A stretch of 64,000 nucleotides of DNA. It comes from an uncultured Clostridia bacterium (lineage in GTDB: Bacteria > Bacillota > Clostridia > Christensenellales > UBA1242). Both the position numbers and the translations under genes were made by a program. Below the pieces are notes generated by a model. It made no database searches. It had not been told where the DNA came from and worked only from the letters and a program-made list of their open reading frames with translations. Location of the stretch: positions 77,216-141,215 of the forward strand of contig CANPWN010000001.1 in assembly GCA_947584415.1 (NCBI GenBank), read 5' to 3'. Shown here in pieces: positions 46,285 through 57,401 of the stretch; positions within the stretch are counted from its first letter, which is position 1, and each line of letters begins with the position of its first letter.

Positions 46285-46913
46285 TTTTTCTCCTCCAACT
46301 TTTTCAAAAAAGTTTTCACAGGTGCATAAGTTTCATCAGGTGAGCCAGCACTTGAAACATTGAACACCTTATCACCGTAGAAGCCTACAAGTGGTGCATT
46401 GTTCTTTTTGTAAGCCTCCAGACGAACTTTTATTGCTTCAGGTTTATCGTCATCACGCTGAAACAGTTTTTCTCCGCATTTTCTGCATTTACCTGTGTAA
46501 CCCGGATAATTGACATTGTCAATATCTCCGCACTTTGCACATTGTCTCCTTGAAACCAGTCTTCTTTCAAGTTCATCAAAAGGAAGATTAACACTGATGA
46601 CCGCGTCCACTTTGGTGAGTTTATCCAAAAGTTGTGCCTGAGCAAGCGTGCGAGGATAACCATCCAAAATGTAACCTTTTTTGCAATCCTTTTGTGACAA
46701 TCTGTCTTTCAAGACCTCAAAAGTGATTTCATCTGGAACTAAAATCCCCTTATCAATCAAACTTTTAACTTTTCTTCCAAGTTCGCTTTCTGTTTTCACA
46801 ATGGCTCTAAAAAGGTCACCTGTTGAAATTTGAGGAATTCCAAAGTCCTGCGTAATTTTTTTTGCAAGAGTTCCTTTTCCGCTGCCTGCGGCTCCGAGAA
46901 GAATAAGTTTCAT
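46281..46913 (-). CDS. adk: adenylate kinase (zinc-lid type)
   Basis: MKLILLGAAGSGKGT P-loop; lid CAKCG...CRKCG. ATG 46913 follows AAAGGAAG. Confidence 0.93.
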   Translation of the reverse strand: MKLILLGAAGSGKGTLAKKITQDFGIPQISTGDLFRAIVKTESELGRKVKSLIDKGILVPDEITFEVLKDRLSQKDCKKGYILDGYPRTLAQAQLLDKLTKVDAVISVNLPFDELERRLVSRRQCAKCGDIDNVNYPGYTGKCRKCGEKLFQRDDDKPEAIKVRLEAYKKNNAPLVGFYGDKVFNVSSAGSPDETYAPVKTFLKKLEEKN

Positions 46914-47030
46914 AAGTCTTCCTTTTAAGGGATTTATTTGTCCCATTTTTTGCAGTGTTCTGCGAATTTTTGTGTGGTTTTTAAGCCACTATGCTCACAG
47001 CGGGGCTTTTGCCCCACTGCTAAAGCCGTG

Positions 47031-48338
47031 TTAGTTTAAGAAACCTTTGTAGTTTCTCATCAGCATTTGCGCCTCAAGTTGCTTGTCAAATTCAAGCGCA
47101 ACACTAACCAAAATCATAAGCCCCGTTGAACTAAATGCGTTAATAAGAACGCTCCATCCAATTGAATCACCAATTGCTTTAAATGCAAGTGATGGGATGA
47201 GGGCAATCAAAGCCAAGAAGATTGCACCGAAAAGGGTTATTCTTCTTGAAATTTTCTTCAGATAATCTGCCGTTGGTTTGCCGGCACGAATTCCTGGGAT
47301 GAACCCGCCTTGCTGCTGAATTCTTTTTGAAACATCTTCTGGGTTAAATGTGATTTGTGCATAGAAGAACGAAAATGCCAAAATGAGAAGTGCAAGCAAA
47401 ACAATGTAAAGCCAACTGTTTGTTCCCATATATTGCTGATACCAAGTGCTTTCAGGCCAGAAGATTGAAATGATGAGTTGTGGGAAAGTTAAAAGTGCAC
47501 TTGCAAAGATGATTGGGATAACACCCGAACCATTAACCCTGATAGGTATAAAGGTGCTTTGTCCACCATACATCTTTCTGCCCTTAATTTGTTTTGCATA
47601 CTGAATTGGGACTCTGCGTTCTGCCCCATCCACAAAGACGATAAGTCCAAAGATGAGAATAACGGCAACAATATAAAGCACAATTGTCCAAACCATAGTG
47701 ATATCTTCAATTGCAAGTTCAATTGCTGTTTTGATTGAATTTGCGCTTGATGATAAGATACCAACAAAGATGAGCATGCTCATCCCGTTTGCAACGCCGA
47801 GGTCTGTGATTCTTTCCCCAAGCCAAACGGTGAACATACCACCAGCAACAAGAATAAGCACAACGCCAACTCCAATAAGCCAAGTTGGAGCGCCACTCCA
47901 AAGTGCGTTGCCTGCATCAAGTCCATCTTTATATGACACGACAATGCCGACAGCCTGCGCTATTGAAAGCACAAGGGCGGCAATTCTTGTATAGAGGTTG
48001 ACTTTTCTTCTGCCGTCTTCCCCTTGTTTTGACAACCTTTCAAGCGATGGAATTGCAACTGTTAAAAGTTGAATTACAATGCTTGCTGTAATGTAAGGAG
48101 AAACGCCAAGTGCTAGCACTGAACAATGCTCTAATGCACTTCCGCTTATCATATTCATGATTCCAAAAATGCTGAAAGAGTTTGTGAAATTGTTTTCACC
48201 TTCCAAAATCTTTGAAATATCAAAGCCTGGAATAGGCAGCCAGCATCCAAGACGATAAACAAGAAGAAGAAGTAATGTTAAGAGCAGTTTTCTTCTTATA
48301 TCTTTTATCTTAAAAGCGTTGAAAAGGGTTTTAAACAT
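47031..48338 (-). CDS. secY: preprotein translocase subunit SecY
   Basis: 435 aa, 10 TM segments, family-typical sequence. Confidence 0.95.
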   Translation of the reverse strand: MFKTLFNAFKIKDIRRKLLLTLLLLLVYRLGCWLPIPGFDISKILEGENNFTNSFSIFGIMNMISGSALEHCSVLALGVSPYITASIVIQLLTVAIPSLERLSKQGEDGRRKVNLYTRIAALVLSIAQAVGIVVSYKDGLDAGNALWSGAPTWLIGVGVVLILVAGGMFTVWLGERITDLGVANGMSMLIFVGILSSSANSIKTAIELAIEDITMVWTIVLYIVAVILIFGLIVFVDGAERRVPIQYAKQIKGRKMYGGQSTFIPIRVNGSGVIPIIFASALLTFPQLIISIFWPESTWYQQYMGTNSWLYIVLLALLILAFSFFYAQITFNPEDVSKRIQQQGGFIPGIRAGKPTADYLKKISRRITLFGAIFLALIALIPSLAFKAIGDSIGWSVLINAFSSTGLMILVSVALEFDKQLEAQMLMRNYKGFLN

Positions 48339-48343
48339 ACCTT

Positions 48344-48790
48344 TTACTCCTCAATAATTTTTCCGCCTGCTTTTTCAATTTTCTCTCTAGCGGCAGCAGT
48401 CACTTTGCTCGCTTTAACAGTTAGTGGCTTTGTCAGTTCGCCTTTGCCAAGCACTTTAAGTCCATATTCCTCAATCTTGCCGACAAAACGGTTTTCATAA
48501 AGAAATTCGATATCAACTTCAGTGTTTGGTTCAAGAACTTCCAAGTCACCAACATTAACACAAGAGTATCTCTTCTTAAAGTTGTTGTTATTAAATCCTC
48601 TGATAGGGATTTTTCTGATCATAGGGATATTTCCGCCTTCAAATCCGGCTTTAACCCCTCCGCCACTTCTGGCATTTTGACCTTTGTGGCCTTTTCCACT
48701 TGTTTTGCCAATGCCGCTTCCAATTCCGCGACCGACCCTAACCTTTTTGGTTGTAGCGCCGTCAGCAGGTTTAAGTTCGCCAATTTTCAT
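48344..48790 (-). CDS. rplO: 50S ribosomal protein L15
   Basis: RVGRGIGSGIGKTSGKGHKGQ. Confidence 0.95.
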   Translation of the reverse strand: MKIGELKPADGATTKKVRVGRGIGSGIGKTSGKGHKGQNARSGGGVKAGFEGGNIPMIRKIPIRGFNNNNFKKRYSCVNVGDLEVLEPNTEVDIEFLYENRFVGKIEEYGLKVLGKGELTKPLTVKASKVTAAAREKIEKAGGKIIEE

Positions 48791-48799
48791 CTTTACCTC

Positions 48800-48982
48800 C
48801 TACTCTTCCACTTTAAGCAAATGCTTAACACGGAAAATGCTTCCTCTTATGCTTGCATTGTCAGGCAAAACTCTGGTTTGACCAAGTTTTTTGAAACCAA
48901 GCGCCTCAATGATTTTTGCTTGATTTTTGTTGTAACCGATTGTGCTTCTTATCCAAGTCACTTTAATTGTTTTCTCTGCCAT
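48800..48982 (-). CDS. rpmD: 50S ribosomal protein L30
   Basis: MAEKTIKVTWIRSTIG. ATG 48982 follows AGGAGG. Confidence 0.92.
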   Translation of the reverse strand: MAEKTIKVTWIRSTIGYNKNQAKIIEALGFKKLGQTRVLPDNASIRGSIFRVKHLLKVEE

Positions 48983-48992
48983 AGTTTGCCTC

Positions 48993-49538
48993 CTATATTT
49001 CCTCAGGGTTCTTGCCACGGCGAGCGGCAATTTCCTCTCTGGTGCGAAGAGAAATAAGACCGTTCATGGTTGCTTTAACAGCATTGATTTTGTTTGTTGA
49101 ACCATGAATTTTGGTAACAATATCTTTAATTCCTGCAAGTTCAAGCACTGCACGAGCGCTTCCGCCTGCAATCACACCAGTTCCGGGTTTGGCTGGGAGC
49201 ATTAAAATCTCTGATGAGCCAAATTTGCCGATAACTTCGTGAGGGATTGTGCCATCAACAACACGAATAAGGTGCATGTTTTTTCTTGCAATGTTTGTTG
49301 CTTTGTCAATGGCAGCTGGAACTTCGGCTGACTTGCCAATTCCAATTCCAACATTGTGTTTTCCATCACCAACAACAACCAAGGCTGAGAAACGAAGAGT
49401 TCTTCCGCCTTTAACAGTCTTGTTGACTCTGCGAACGCAAACAAGTTTCTTGTCAAACTCGCTCTCTTCTCTAGGAGCGCGGCGGTTTTCTCTAGGTTTT
49501 TGTTCGGTTTTCTTGTCTTTTTTGATTTCTTCCATCAC
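48993..49538 (-). CDS. rpsE: 30S ribosomal protein S5
   Basis: [24 protein letters not shown]. Confidence 0.95.
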   Translation of the reverse strand: MMEEIKKDKKTEQKPRENRRAPREESEFDKKLVCVRRVNKTVKGGRTLRFSALVVVGDGKHNVGIGIGKSAEVPAAIDKATNIARKNMHLIRVVDGTIPHEVIGKFGSSEILMLPAKPGTGVIAGGSARAVLELAGIKDIVTKIHGSTNKINAVKATMNGLISLRTREEIAARRGKNPEEI

Positions 49539-49547
49539 GCTTTCCTC

Positions 49548-49916
49548 CTAAAATTTCAGACCGGCACTTCTTGCGCCTTCTGCGAGAGCCGCAACACGCC
49601 CTGTGTAAATGTAGCCACCTCTGTCAAACACAACTTCAGTGATTTTTGCTTTCTTTGCTCTTTTTGCAAGTTCCTCACCAACAAGTTTTGCTTGTTCGGT
49701 TTTGTTTTTGCCTGCAAGGGCTGGAGCAAGTGCTTTTTCAAGTGAAGATGCACTCACAAGTGTCACTCCCTTTTCATCATCTATGATTTGTGCATAAATC
49801 TTATTGAGTGACCTGTAAACGCAAAGTCTAGGCCTTGCAGAAGTTCCAGAGAGGTTTTTTCTGACTCTTGCATGACGAACTTTGCGCTCTGTGTTTTTAT
49901 CTTTTACGCCTATCAT
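49548..49916 (-). CDS. rplR: 50S ribosomal protein L18
   Basis: [23 protein letters not shown]. Confidence 0.95.
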   Translation of the reverse strand: MIGVKDKNTERKVRHARVRKNLSGTSARPRLCVYRSLNKIYAQIIDDEKGVTLVSASSLEKALAPALAGKNKTEQAKLVGEELAKRAKKAKITEVVFDRGGYIYTGRVAALAEGARSAGLKF

Positions 49917-49926
49917 GATTTACTCC

Positions 49927-50475
49927 TTACTTTTTGCCTTTGCCTGCGGCTTTTCCGACTTTTCTGATTACAACCTCATCACTGTATTTAACACCATATG
50001 CGTGATATGGCTCAACAGGACGAAGGTCGCGAATGTTTGATGCGAATTGACCAACTCTTTGCTTGTCAATTCCTGTGATTTTGATTTCTGTGATTGATGG
50101 GCAAACGGCGTTCAAATCTGATGGAATTTCCACTTCAATAGGATGTGAATATCCAAGGTTTAAAACGACTTTTCTGCCGTTTACTTGTGCTTTGTAACCA
50201 ACACCATTGATAACAAGTGTTTTTTCAAAGCCATCATGAACACCTTTAACCATGTTTGCAACAAGCGCTCTGTAAAGTCCTTGTTTTGCATCAGTTTCTT
50301 GCTCATTGTTGTTTTTGATGAAGTGGATGTGTCCATCTTCAATTTTCAAAGTGATTTCTTTATCAACAACCTGAGTCAGTGTTCCTTTTTGTCCTGAAAC
50401 AGTGACAACTCCGTTTGCGAAATTTACATTAACGCCCTGTGGAATTATAACTGCCCTATTTCCAATTCTTGACAT
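49927..50475 (-). CDS. rplF: 50S ribosomal protein L6
   Basis: MSRIGNRAVIIPQGV. ATG 50475 follows GGAGG. Confidence 0.95.
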   Translation of the reverse strand: MSRIGNRAVIIPQGVNVNFANGVVTVSGQKGTLTQVVDKEITLKIEDGHIHFIKNNNEQETDAKQGLYRALVANMVKGVHDGFEKTLVINGVGYKAQVNGRKVVLNLGYSHPIEVEIPSDLNAVCPSITEIKITGIDKQRVGQFASNIRDLRPVEPYHAYGVKYSDEVVIRKVGKAAGKGKK

Positions 50476-50485
50476 CTTTGCCTCC

Positions 50486-50887
50486 TTACCACACGAACGC
50501 AAGCACTTCACCACCGACATTAAGATTCCTTGCAATCTTGTCGGTAACAATGCCTTTGTTTGTTGAAATTATTGCAATTCCGAGGCCGCTGATAACATAA
50601 GGAATTTTGTCAGCAGGAGCATAAACTCTAAGACCTGGCTTTGAAATTCTCTTCAAGCCTTGGATTATGCTTTGTCCTTCCTCGTCATATTTGAGGGTTA
50701 TAACAATGTCATTAAATTTGCCGTTTGGCTTTACCTCATAAGAGGTGATGTAGCCTTCTTCAAGGAGAATTCGAGCAATTTCTGTTTTTTCTTTTGACGC
50801 AGGAACAACAACATCAGCATGCTTTACTTTGAGAGCATTTCTGATTCTTGTGAGCATATCTGCGATTGCATCTGTTGAACTTACCAT
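50486..50887 (-). CDS. rpsH: 30S ribosomal protein S8
   Basis: [16 protein letters not shown] 50887 follows AAGGAGGAG. Confidence 0.95.
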   Translation of the reverse strand: MVSSTDAIADMLTRIRNALKVKHADVVVPASKEKTEIARILLEEGYITSYEVKPNGKFNDIVITLKYDEEGQSIIQGLKRISKPGLRVYAPADKIPYVISGLGIAIISTNKGIVTDKIARNLNVGGEVLAFVW

Positions 50888-50900
50888 TATTCTCCTCCTT

Positions 50901-51086
50901 TTACCAACTTGCCTTTTTAACACCAGGAATTTCACCCTTGTTTGCAAGTTCTCTGAAGCAGATTCTGCAAATGCCGTATTTCTTCAGCACTGAGTGAGGT
51001 CTGCCACAAATACTGCAACGAGTGTATTCTCTGGTCTTATACTTTGCAGGTTTTTGTTGTTTTTGAATAAGTGATTTCTTTGCCAT
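50901..51086 (-). CDS. rpsN: 30S ribosomal protein S14 type Z (zinc form)
   Basis: 61 aa; CSICGRPH...CRICFRE. Confidence 0.95.
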   Translation of the reverse strand: MAKKSLIQKQQKPAKYKTREYTRCSICGRPHSVLKKYGICRICFRELANKGEIPGVKKASW

Positions 51087-51095
51087 ATTTCACCT

Positions 51096-51647
51096 CTATC
51101 TGCTAAAAGGCATCCCAAGTGCCTTAAGCAATGCTTTGCTTTCTGCATCAGTTTTTGCAGTTGTCACAAAGCCAATATCAAAACCTCTGATTTTTTCAAT
51201 TTTATCATAAGAGATTTCTGGGAAGATAAGTTGTTCTTTGATGCCAAGTGAATAATTTCCTCTGCCATCAAAGGCTTTGTCTGACACGCCATGGAAGTCT
51301 CTAACTCTTGGAAGAGCAATTGAAACAAGGCGGTCAAAGAATTCATACATTTTCTCGCCACGAAGCGTAACTTTTGCGCCAACTTTCTGTCCTTCCCTGA
51401 GTGAGAAGTTTGAAATTGATTTTTTAGCAACAGTTGCAACTGGCTTTTGTCCTGTGATAACTGCAAGTTCATCAAGGGCAATATTAAAACTCTTTGAGTT
51501 GCTCTTTACATCACCAAGTCCAGCATTGACAACAATTTTGACAAGTTTTGGAACTTCATTGATGTTTTTGTAACCAAACTCTTTGATAAGCTCGGGAACA
51601 ACTTCTTCTTTATAGAGTTTTACTAATCTATTTTGTTCTTTTGCCAT
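51096..51647 (-). CDS. rplE: 50S ribosomal protein L5
   Basis: Family-typical sequence, 183 aa. Confidence 0.95.
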   Translation of the reverse strand: MAKEQNRLVKLYKEEVVPELIKEFGYKNINEVPKLVKIVVNAGLGDVKSNSKSFNIALDELAVITGQKPVATVAKKSISNFSLREGQKVGAKVTLRGEKMYEFFDRLVSIALPRVRDFHGVSDKAFDGRGNYSLGIKEQLIFPEISYDKIEKIRGFDIGFVTTAKTDAESKALLKALGMPFSR

Positions 51648-51658
51648 TGTGTTTTCTC

Positions 51659-52312
51659 CTACTTAGAGCCTTCAGTGGTTTTCGACTTTTTAGGTGCGGT
51701 TTTTGTTGTTGCTGTTTTATTCGCCGCTGACTTTGTCGCAGTGGTCTTTGTTGCTGCAGATTTTGTTGCCGGCTTTGTTGCTGTGGTTGTTGTTTTAGCA
51801 GCAGCCTTTGTCGCTGGCTTTGCATTTGTGTTCTTTGCAGCAGGTTTTGTCGCCTTCACTTCTTCCGCCTTTGGAGCAGTTTTTGTTGTCTTAGTCTTTG
51901 CCTTAGTTTCAGGCGCTTTTTCTTGTGCAACTTGCTTATTTTCCGCTTTTTGTGCTATTTTTTCAGCTTTTTTAGCCTCTTTTTTAACTGTTTTTGCAAA
52001 TTCTTTGTCGAGGCTTGCTCCACACTTCTTGCAAGCACGAACATTTTTGCCTTCAATTTGCTTGTGGCTAACTCTTGTTGCCTTTCCGCAATTTGGACAA
52101 ATTATCATAACATTTGATGCCTCAATAGGTGCAGTCTTTTTGATAATGCCGCCTTTATCTTGTTGAGATTTTGGTTTTTGATGTTTTGTCACAATATTAA
52201 CATTTTCAACTGTGATTTTGTTTGCTTTTGGGCTTGTTTCAAGAACTTTCCCGCTCTTGCCTTTATCCTTTCCAGCAATAACCAAAACATTGTCACCTTT
52301 TTTGATATTCAT
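51659..52312 (-). CDS. rplX: 50S ribosomal protein L24 with Cys4 motif and long K/A/T-rich C-terminal extension
   Basis: [26 protein letters not shown] core; then CPNCG...CKKCG; then about 110 aa of low-complexity tail. 217 aa, versus about 100-105 aa usually. Confidence 0.9.
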   Translation of the reverse strand: MNIKKGDNVLVIAGKDKGKSGKVLETSPKANKITVENVNIVTKHQKPKSQQDKGGIIKKTAPIEASNVMIICPNCGKATRVSHKQIEGKNVRACKKCGASLDKEFAKTVKKEAKKAEKIAQKAENKQVAQEKAPETKAKTKTTKTAPKAEEVKATKPAAKNTNAKPATKAAAKTTTTATKPATKSAATKTTATKSAANKTATTKTAPKKSKTTEGSK

Positions 52313-52323
52313 ATCTCTCTCCT

Positions 52324-52692
52324 TTAAATAACCTCAGGAGCAAGGGAAATGATTTTCATGTAGCCCTTGTCACGAAGTTCTCTGGCAATAGGCCCGAAAA
52401 CACGTGTTCCTTTTGGTTGTTTTTGATTGTCAATGATGACAGCGGCATTGTCATCAAATCTGATGTGTGACCCATCTGGACGGCGAAGACCTTTGCTTGA
52501 ACGAACAATAACAGCCTTCACAACATCACCTTTCTTAACTGAGCCACCAGGAATTGCTTTTTTAACAGAAGCAACGATAATGTCACCAATATTTCCACTT
52601 CTTCTAAAAGAACCACCAAGCACTCTGATGCACATGATTTCTTTTGCACCAGTGTTGTCGGCAACTTTTAATCTTGTTTGAGGTTGAATCAT
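52324..52692 (-). CDS. rplN: 50S ribosomal protein L14
   Basis: [18 protein letters not shown]. Confidence 0.96.
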   Translation of the reverse strand: MIQPQTRLKVADNTGAKEIMCIRVLGGSFRRSGNIGDIIVASVKKAIPGGSVKKGDVVKAVIVRSSKGLRRPDGSHIRFDDNAAVIIDNQKQPKGTRVFGPIARELRDKGYMKIISLAPEVI

Positions 52693-52701
52693 ATTTGCCT
52701 C

Positions 52702-52962
52702 CTACTTTGCTTTCTCAATGATTTTAACAAGACGGTAATACTTGTCTTTGGAAAGAGGTCTGGTTTCCATAATCAAAACTCTGTCACCAATTCCGCACTC
52801 GTTATTCTCATCATGAACTTTGAATTTTTTTGTTTTATGAACGACTTTTTTATAGATTGGGTGATTAACACGAGAGGTTATTTTAACAACAATGGTTTTA
52901 TCCATTTTTCCTGCACTTACAACCTCACCAATTCTTGTAAGTCTTGAATTTCTATTTTCCAT
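52702..52962 (-). CDS. rpsQ: 30S ribosomal protein S17
   Basis: [17 protein letters not shown]...[16 protein letters not shown] 52962 follows GGAGG. Confidence 0.93.
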   Translation of the reverse strand: MENRNSRLTRIGEVVSAGKMDKTIVVKITSRVNHPIYKKVVHKTKKFKVHDENNECGIGDRVLIMETRPLSKDKYYRLVKIIEKAK

Positions 52963-53170
52963 TGTGACCTCCGTTTGCAGAAGCAAGTTGTTTTTCTCTG
53001 ATAACCGTTTTAACTCTTGCAATTTCTCTTTTCACATTTCTGATTTCAACAGGGCTTGCAAGGTTTCTTGAAGCGTTTGAAAAACGAAGATTGAAAAGTT
53101 GCATATTAAGTTCTTTGAGTCTTGCATTAAGTTCAAGTTCAGATAATGTTTTAATTTCACTTATTTTCAT
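52952..53170 (-). CDS. rpmC: 50S ribosomal protein L29
   Basis: [21 protein letters not shown]... Confidence 0.92.
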   Translation of the reverse strand: MKISEIKTLSELELNARLKELNMQLFNLRFSNASRNLASPVEIRNVKREIARVKTVIREKQLASANGGHNGK

Positions 53171-53603
53171 CGCTCTCACCACCTTCAACTGGTATTTCTT
53201 CCTTCTTCACAAACTTTGTTTTGCAAGGAAGTTTGTGTCCAGCAAGTCTGATTGCTTCACGGGCGACATCTTCTGGAATTCCTTCAATTTCAAAAAGAAT
53301 TCTGCCCGGTTTCACAACTGCAACCCAAAATTCAGGTGCTCCCTTACCGGAACCCATACGCGTTCCAAGAGGTTTCTTTGAAACAGGTTTGTCTGGGAAA
53401 ATTTTAATCCAAACTTTACCGCCACGCTTGATGTGACGCGTCATGGCAATTCTGGCTGCTTCAATCTGATTTGATTTTATCCAGCATGGCTCAAGTGCCA
53501 TAATGCCATATTGTCCGTAAGCAACAGTGTTGCCGCGTGTGGCTTTGCCTGTCATCCTGCCTCTGAAAACTCTTCTTCTTTTAACTCTCTTTGGCATTAA
53601 CAT
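53157..53603 (-). CDS. rplP: 50S ribosomal protein L16
   Basis: [17 protein letters not shown]... Confidence 0.96.
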   Translation of the reverse strand: MLMPKRVKRRRVFRGRMTGKATRGNTVAYGQYGIMALEPCWIKSNQIEAARIAMTRHIKRGGKVWIKIFPDKPVSKKPLGTRMGSGKGAPEFWVAVVKPGRILFEIEGIPEDVAREAIRLAGHKLPCKTKFVKKEEIPVEGGESDENK

Positions 53604-54271
53604 TATTCTTGTCCTCCTTTTTCAGACGACTTTACAGGAAGGATATCACCTTTATAAATCCAGCACTTAACACCAAGTTTGCCATAGTTTGTGTAGGCCG
53701 CTGCTGTGCCGTAATCTATATCAGCCCTGAGTGTATGGAGAGGAAGAGTTCCTTCCATATAATGCTCTGACCTGTGGAGTGTGTTTGCACCATCAATAAC
53801 ACCGCCAACCTGAACTTTGCATCCCTTTGCGCCGGCTTTCATAACTCTTTGCAGAGCCATTTTAAGCGCTCTTCTCCACTGAACACGCTTTTCAAGTTGA
53901 GAAGCAATGCTTTCAGCAACAAGTGTTGCATCAAGGTCAGGCTTTTTAACTTCCTTAACATTAAGGATAAGTTGCTTTGTAGGTCTGATGATTTTTGTGA
54001 TTTCTTTCTTAATTCCTTCAATACCAACACCTTTTGCACCAATAATCATGCCTGGCTTTGCTGTGAAGATGTTGATTACAAGTTTGCCCTCTGTCCTTTC
54101 AGTTGTAACTCTGGAAATTCCGCAAGCATTGTATTTTGATTTGATAAATTTCTTAACTTTTTGGTCTTCCAAAAGATTTGGAGCAAAATCTTGTTTTTTT
54201 GCATACCAAGTTGCGTTCCATTCTTTGTTCACGCCAAGTCTAAATCCAATTGGACTAACTTTCTGTCCCAT
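53603..54271 (-). CDS. rpsC: 30S ribosomal protein S3
   Basis: [18 protein letters not shown]. Confidence 0.96.
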   Translation of the reverse strand: MGQKVSPIGFRLGVNKEWNATWYAKKQDFAPNLLEDQKVKKFIKSKYNACGISRVTTERTEGKLVINIFTAKPGMIIGAKGVGIEGIKKEITKIIRPTKQLILNVKEVKKPDLDATLVAESIASQLEKRVQWRRALKMALQRVMKAGAKGCKVQVGGVIDGANTLHRSEHYMEGTLPLHTLRADIDYGTAAAYTNYGKLGVKCWIYKGDILPVKSSEKGGQE

Positions 54272-54282
54272 TTTGCTCCTCC

Positions 54283-54669
54283 TTACTTTCTTTCATCCAG
54301 CACAATTGTAATGTGCGAAGATTTCTTTAAAATTCTGTCTGCTGAGCCCTTTCCTCTTTGCATAATTCTCTTAAGAATTGGTCCTTGGCAAACATACGCT
54401 TCTGCAACAAACAAATTGTCTGCACTAAGCCCTTTGTTGTTTTCAGCATTTGCAATTGCACTTTTAAGCACTTTCAAACTTACTTCTGCTGCTGCATTAG
54501 GCATGTTTTCAAGTATTGCTGATGCTTCTGAAACATTTTTGCCTCTAATAAGGTCGAGGACAATTCTAACTTTTGAAGGACTCATCCTGATGTATCTTGC
54601 CTTTGCAAAAGGGCGTGTGTCCTTTTCTTTGGCTCTTTTTTCAGCCTTTTGTCTTATTCTTGTAGCCAT
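54283..54669 (-). CDS. rplV: 50S ribosomal protein L22
   Basis: [21 protein letters not shown]. Confidence 0.95.
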   Translation of the reverse strand: MATRIRQKAEKRAKEKDTRPFAKARYIRMSPSKVRIVLDLIRGKNVSEASAILENMPNAAAEVSLKVLKSAIANAENNKGLSADNLFVAEAYVCQGPILKRIMQRGKGSADRILKKSSHITIVLDERK

Positions 54670-54682
54670 TTTTCACCTCACC

Positions 54683-54967
54683 TTATTTCTTAACAGCCGT
54701 TTTGGCTGCCTTCTTTGCAGCGTGGCCTTTGTAAGTTCTTGTTGGAGAAAATTCACCAAGTTTGTGTCCAACCATATCTGCTGTGCAATAAACAGGGATG
54801 TGTTTTTTGCCATTGTGAACAGCAAATGTGAAGCCAACAAACTCAGGATAGATTGTTGAAGACCTAGACCAAGTTTTGATAGGCTTTTTAACCCCAGACT
54901 CTTGCATTTGTTTTACTTTTTTAACAAGAGATGGATGCACATAAGGTTTTTTTACTTCTTTCTGCAT
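54683..54967 (-). CDS. rpsS: 30S ribosomal protein S19
   Basis: [23 protein letters not shown]. Confidence 0.95.
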   Translation of the reverse strand: MQKEVKKPYVHPSLVKKVKQMQESGVKKPIKTWSRSSTIYPEFVGFTFAVHNGKKHIPVYCTADMVGHKLGEFSPTRTYKGHAAKKAAKTAVKK

Positions 54968-54978
54968 ATTACTTTCTC

Positions 54979-55806
54979 CTAATTAACTCTCTTAACCATC
55001 AAGCGGTTAGAAGAATTTTTTCTCTTTCTAGTCTTAAGACCAAGTGCAGGTTTGCCCCATGGAGTCATAGGTGACTTCATGCCGACTGGGCTCTTTCCTT
55101 CACCACCACCATGTGGGTGGTCGTTAGGGTTCATTGCAACACCACGAACTGCAGGTCTAACGCCCATGTGACGCTTTCTTCCTGCCTTTCCAAGTGAAAC
55201 AAGTTCATGGTCAAGATTGCCAACTGTTCCAATTGTTGCACGGCAAGTTAAAAGAACTTTTCTCATTTCGCCGCTAGGCAAACGAAGTGTTGCATATTTG
55301 CCTTCTTTTGCCATAAGTTGAACAGCACTTCCAGCACTTCTTCCAAGTTGTCCACCCTTTTTTGGTTGAAGTTCAATGTTGTGGATGATTGAACCAACTG
55401 GGATGTTTGCCATTGGAAGAGCGTTTCCTGTTTTGATTTCAACATTTTCACCACTCATAACACTGTCGCCAACTTTGAGTCCAAGTGGAGCAATGATGTA
55501 TCTTTTTTCGCCGTCTGCATAAGAAAGCAAAGCAATGTAACAGGTTCTGTTTGGGTCATATTCAATGCCAACAACGCGTGCAGGGATATCATCCTTGTTG
55601 CGTTTGAAGTCAATGATACGATATTTTTGTCTGTTTCCGCCACCTTGATGACGAACAGTTATTCTGCCTTGAGCATTTCTGCCGGCATTTTTCTTCTTAA
55701 CAGCAAGGAGAGATTTTTCAGGCGTCTTTTTTGTGACTTCATCAAAGTCTAAAGTTGTATAAAATCTTCTTCCGGCTGATGTTGGTTTTGATTTTACGAT
55801 AGCCAT
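54979..55806 (-). CDS. rplB: 50S ribosomal protein L2
   Basis: [17 protein letters not shown]...[12 protein letters not shown]. Confidence 0.97.
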   Translation of the reverse strand: MAIVKSKPTSAGRRFYTTLDFDEVTKKTPEKSLLAVKKKNAGRNAQGRITVRHQGGGNRQKYRIIDFKRNKDDIPARVVGIEYDPNRTCYIALLSYADGEKRYIIAPLGLKVGDSVMSGENVEIKTGNALPMANIPVGSIIHNIELQPKKGGQLGRSAGSAVQLMAKEGKYATLRLPSGEMRKVLLTCRATIGTVGNLDHELVSLGKAGRKRHMGVRPAVRGVAMNPNDHPHGGGEGKSPVGMKSPMTPWGKPALGLKTRKRKNSSNRLMVKRVN

Positions 55807-55821
55807 TTTATCCTCCTTTTG

Positions 55822-56124
55822 TTATGACAGGCTTTCAAAATAAGCGATTGACTTTGAGTCCTTTGTCAAAGTTACGATTGCTTTTTTGAAATCACTTGTT
55901 TTGCCGACCGACCTTCCGGCTTTTGTGTTTTGAACTTTTGTTTGTCCTTTCACAATCATTGTGTTAACTTTTTCTACCTTAACTCCGAACAATTCTTCAA
56001 CTGCTTTTTTAATTTCAGTTTTGGTTGCCCTTTTATCAACAACAAAAGAATAAACTTTTGCTTGAATTCCTGAGTAACTTTTTTCAGTAAGGAGTGGTTT
56101 TTTGATGATTTTGTAACTTTCCAT
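55822..56124 (-). CDS. rplW: 50S ribosomal protein L23
   Basis: IIKKPLLTEKS... Confidence 0.93.
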   Translation of the reverse strand: MESYKIIKKPLLTEKSYSGIQAKVYSFVVDKRATKTEIKKAVEELFGVKVEKVNTMIVKGQTKVQNTKAGRSVGKTSDFKKAIVTLTKDSKSIAYFESLS

Positions 56125-56750
56125 TATTCTGCGTAAGCCTCCTCTATTGATTTAATAGCCCCGCTTGTAAGGAGAACTGTTTTGTTTGCAACAACTTCGT
56201 AAGTTGAAAGTGTTTTAACATCTTCAACATTGAGAGAAGAGATGTTTTTAACAGCACGAAGTGTTTCTGCATGGTTGTCTTGCCCAACAACAAGGGTTTT
56301 GCCTGTCAGACCAAATGCTTTAAGGAAGGCATTTGCGTCCTTTGTTTTTCCAGAAGCAATTTCAAAGTTTTTAAGCACAATAATCTGTCCGAGTTCCAAT
56401 TTTCTTGAAAGCGCTGTAAGAAGAGCCAATCTTTTTGCAGTTTTGTTCATCTTCTTGGAAAAATCTCTTGGTTTTGGTGCGAAAACAACTCCGCCACCTG
56501 TGTATTCTGGAGACTTTGTTGAACCATGACGAGCACGGCCGGTCTTTTTCTGCCTCCAAGGTTTCTTTGCGTGTCCCCTAACTTCACTTCTTGTGAGAGT
56601 GGACTTGTTGCCCTGCCTCTGATTTGCTTCATAGGCAACGACTGCTTCGTGAATAAGAGGTTCGTTGTAAGGAAGAGCGAACAATTCGTCATTGAGTTCG
56701 ATTTCGCCAACAACGCGCGCAGTCATATCATAAACTTTAACTTTTGCCAT
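56124..56750 (-). CDS. rplD: 50S ribosomal protein L4
   Basis: PWRQKKTGRARHGS. Confidence 0.95.
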   Translation of the reverse strand: MAKVKVYDMTARVVGEIELNDELFALPYNEPLIHEAVVAYEANQRQGNKSTLTRSEVRGHAKKPWRQKKTGRARHGSTKSPEYTGGGVVFAPKPRDFSKKMNKTAKRLALLTALSRKLELGQIIVLKNFEIASGKTKDANAFLKAFGLTGKTLVVGQDNHAETLRAVKNISSLNVEDVKTLSTYEVVANKTVLLTSGAIKSIEEAYAE

Positions 56751-56753
56751 TTG

Positions 56754-57389
56754 TTACTCTCCTTTTACAGCCTCGCGGATTGTCACAACTGAGCCCTTAG
56801 GTCCAGGCACGCAACCCTTCACAAGCAGAACGTTACGCTCTGCGTCGACTTTGACAACTTCAAGATTTTGAATTGTAACTCTTTCGCATCCATAATGTCC
56901 CGGCATGTGTTTGTTTTTGAACACTCTTGATGGAGTTGAGTTAGCGCCCATAGAACCAACCTCTCTGTGAACAGGTCCTGTTCCGTGAGTCATTTTCAAG
57001 CGTTGGTTGTTCCACCTTTGAATAACACCGGTGAAGCCACGCCCTCTTGTGATGCCAATTGCATCAACTTTGTCACCTTCAGCGAAAATTCCGCATCCAA
57101 TGACCTGACCAACATTGTAGTCAGAAGTGTTTTCAAATCTCAGTTCCCTAAGAATTCTGCAAGGTTCAACGCCTGCCTTTTTGAAAACACCAAGTTTTGG
57201 CTTGTTGAGGCGGTTTTCTTTTTGCTTTCCGAAAGCAACAACAACTGCATCATAGCCATCTTTTTCTTGCGACTTGATTTGAACAACACTGCAAGGACCA
57301 GCCTCAATCACGGTCACAGGAATAACAGTTCCGTTTGCACTAAAAACTTGTGTCATACCAAGTTTTTTGCCTATAATTGCTTTTTTCAC
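56754..57389 (-). CDS. rplC: 50S ribosomal protein L3
   Basis: [12 protein letters not shown]...[12 protein letters not shown]. Confidence 0.96.
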   Translation of the reverse strand: MKKAIIGKKLGMTQVFSANGTVIPVTVIEAGPCSVVQIKSQEKDGYDAVVVAFGKQKENRLNKPKLGVFKKAGVEPCRILRELRFENTSDYNVGQVIGCGIFAEGDKVDAIGITRGRGFTGVIQRWNNQRLKMTHGTGPVHREVGSMGANSTPSRVFKNKHMPGHYGCERVTIQNLEVVKVDAERNVLLVKGCVPGPKGSVVTIREAVKGE

Positions 57390-57401
57390 TTAAGTGCCTC
57401 C

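Noticed and set aside
51633-52166. 177-aa plus-strand ORF (FVAVV/AAFVAG-rich)
   Set aside because: It is antisense to the low-complexity K/A/T tail of rplX. Its composition is just the complement of the repeat, and it has no SD or start context.
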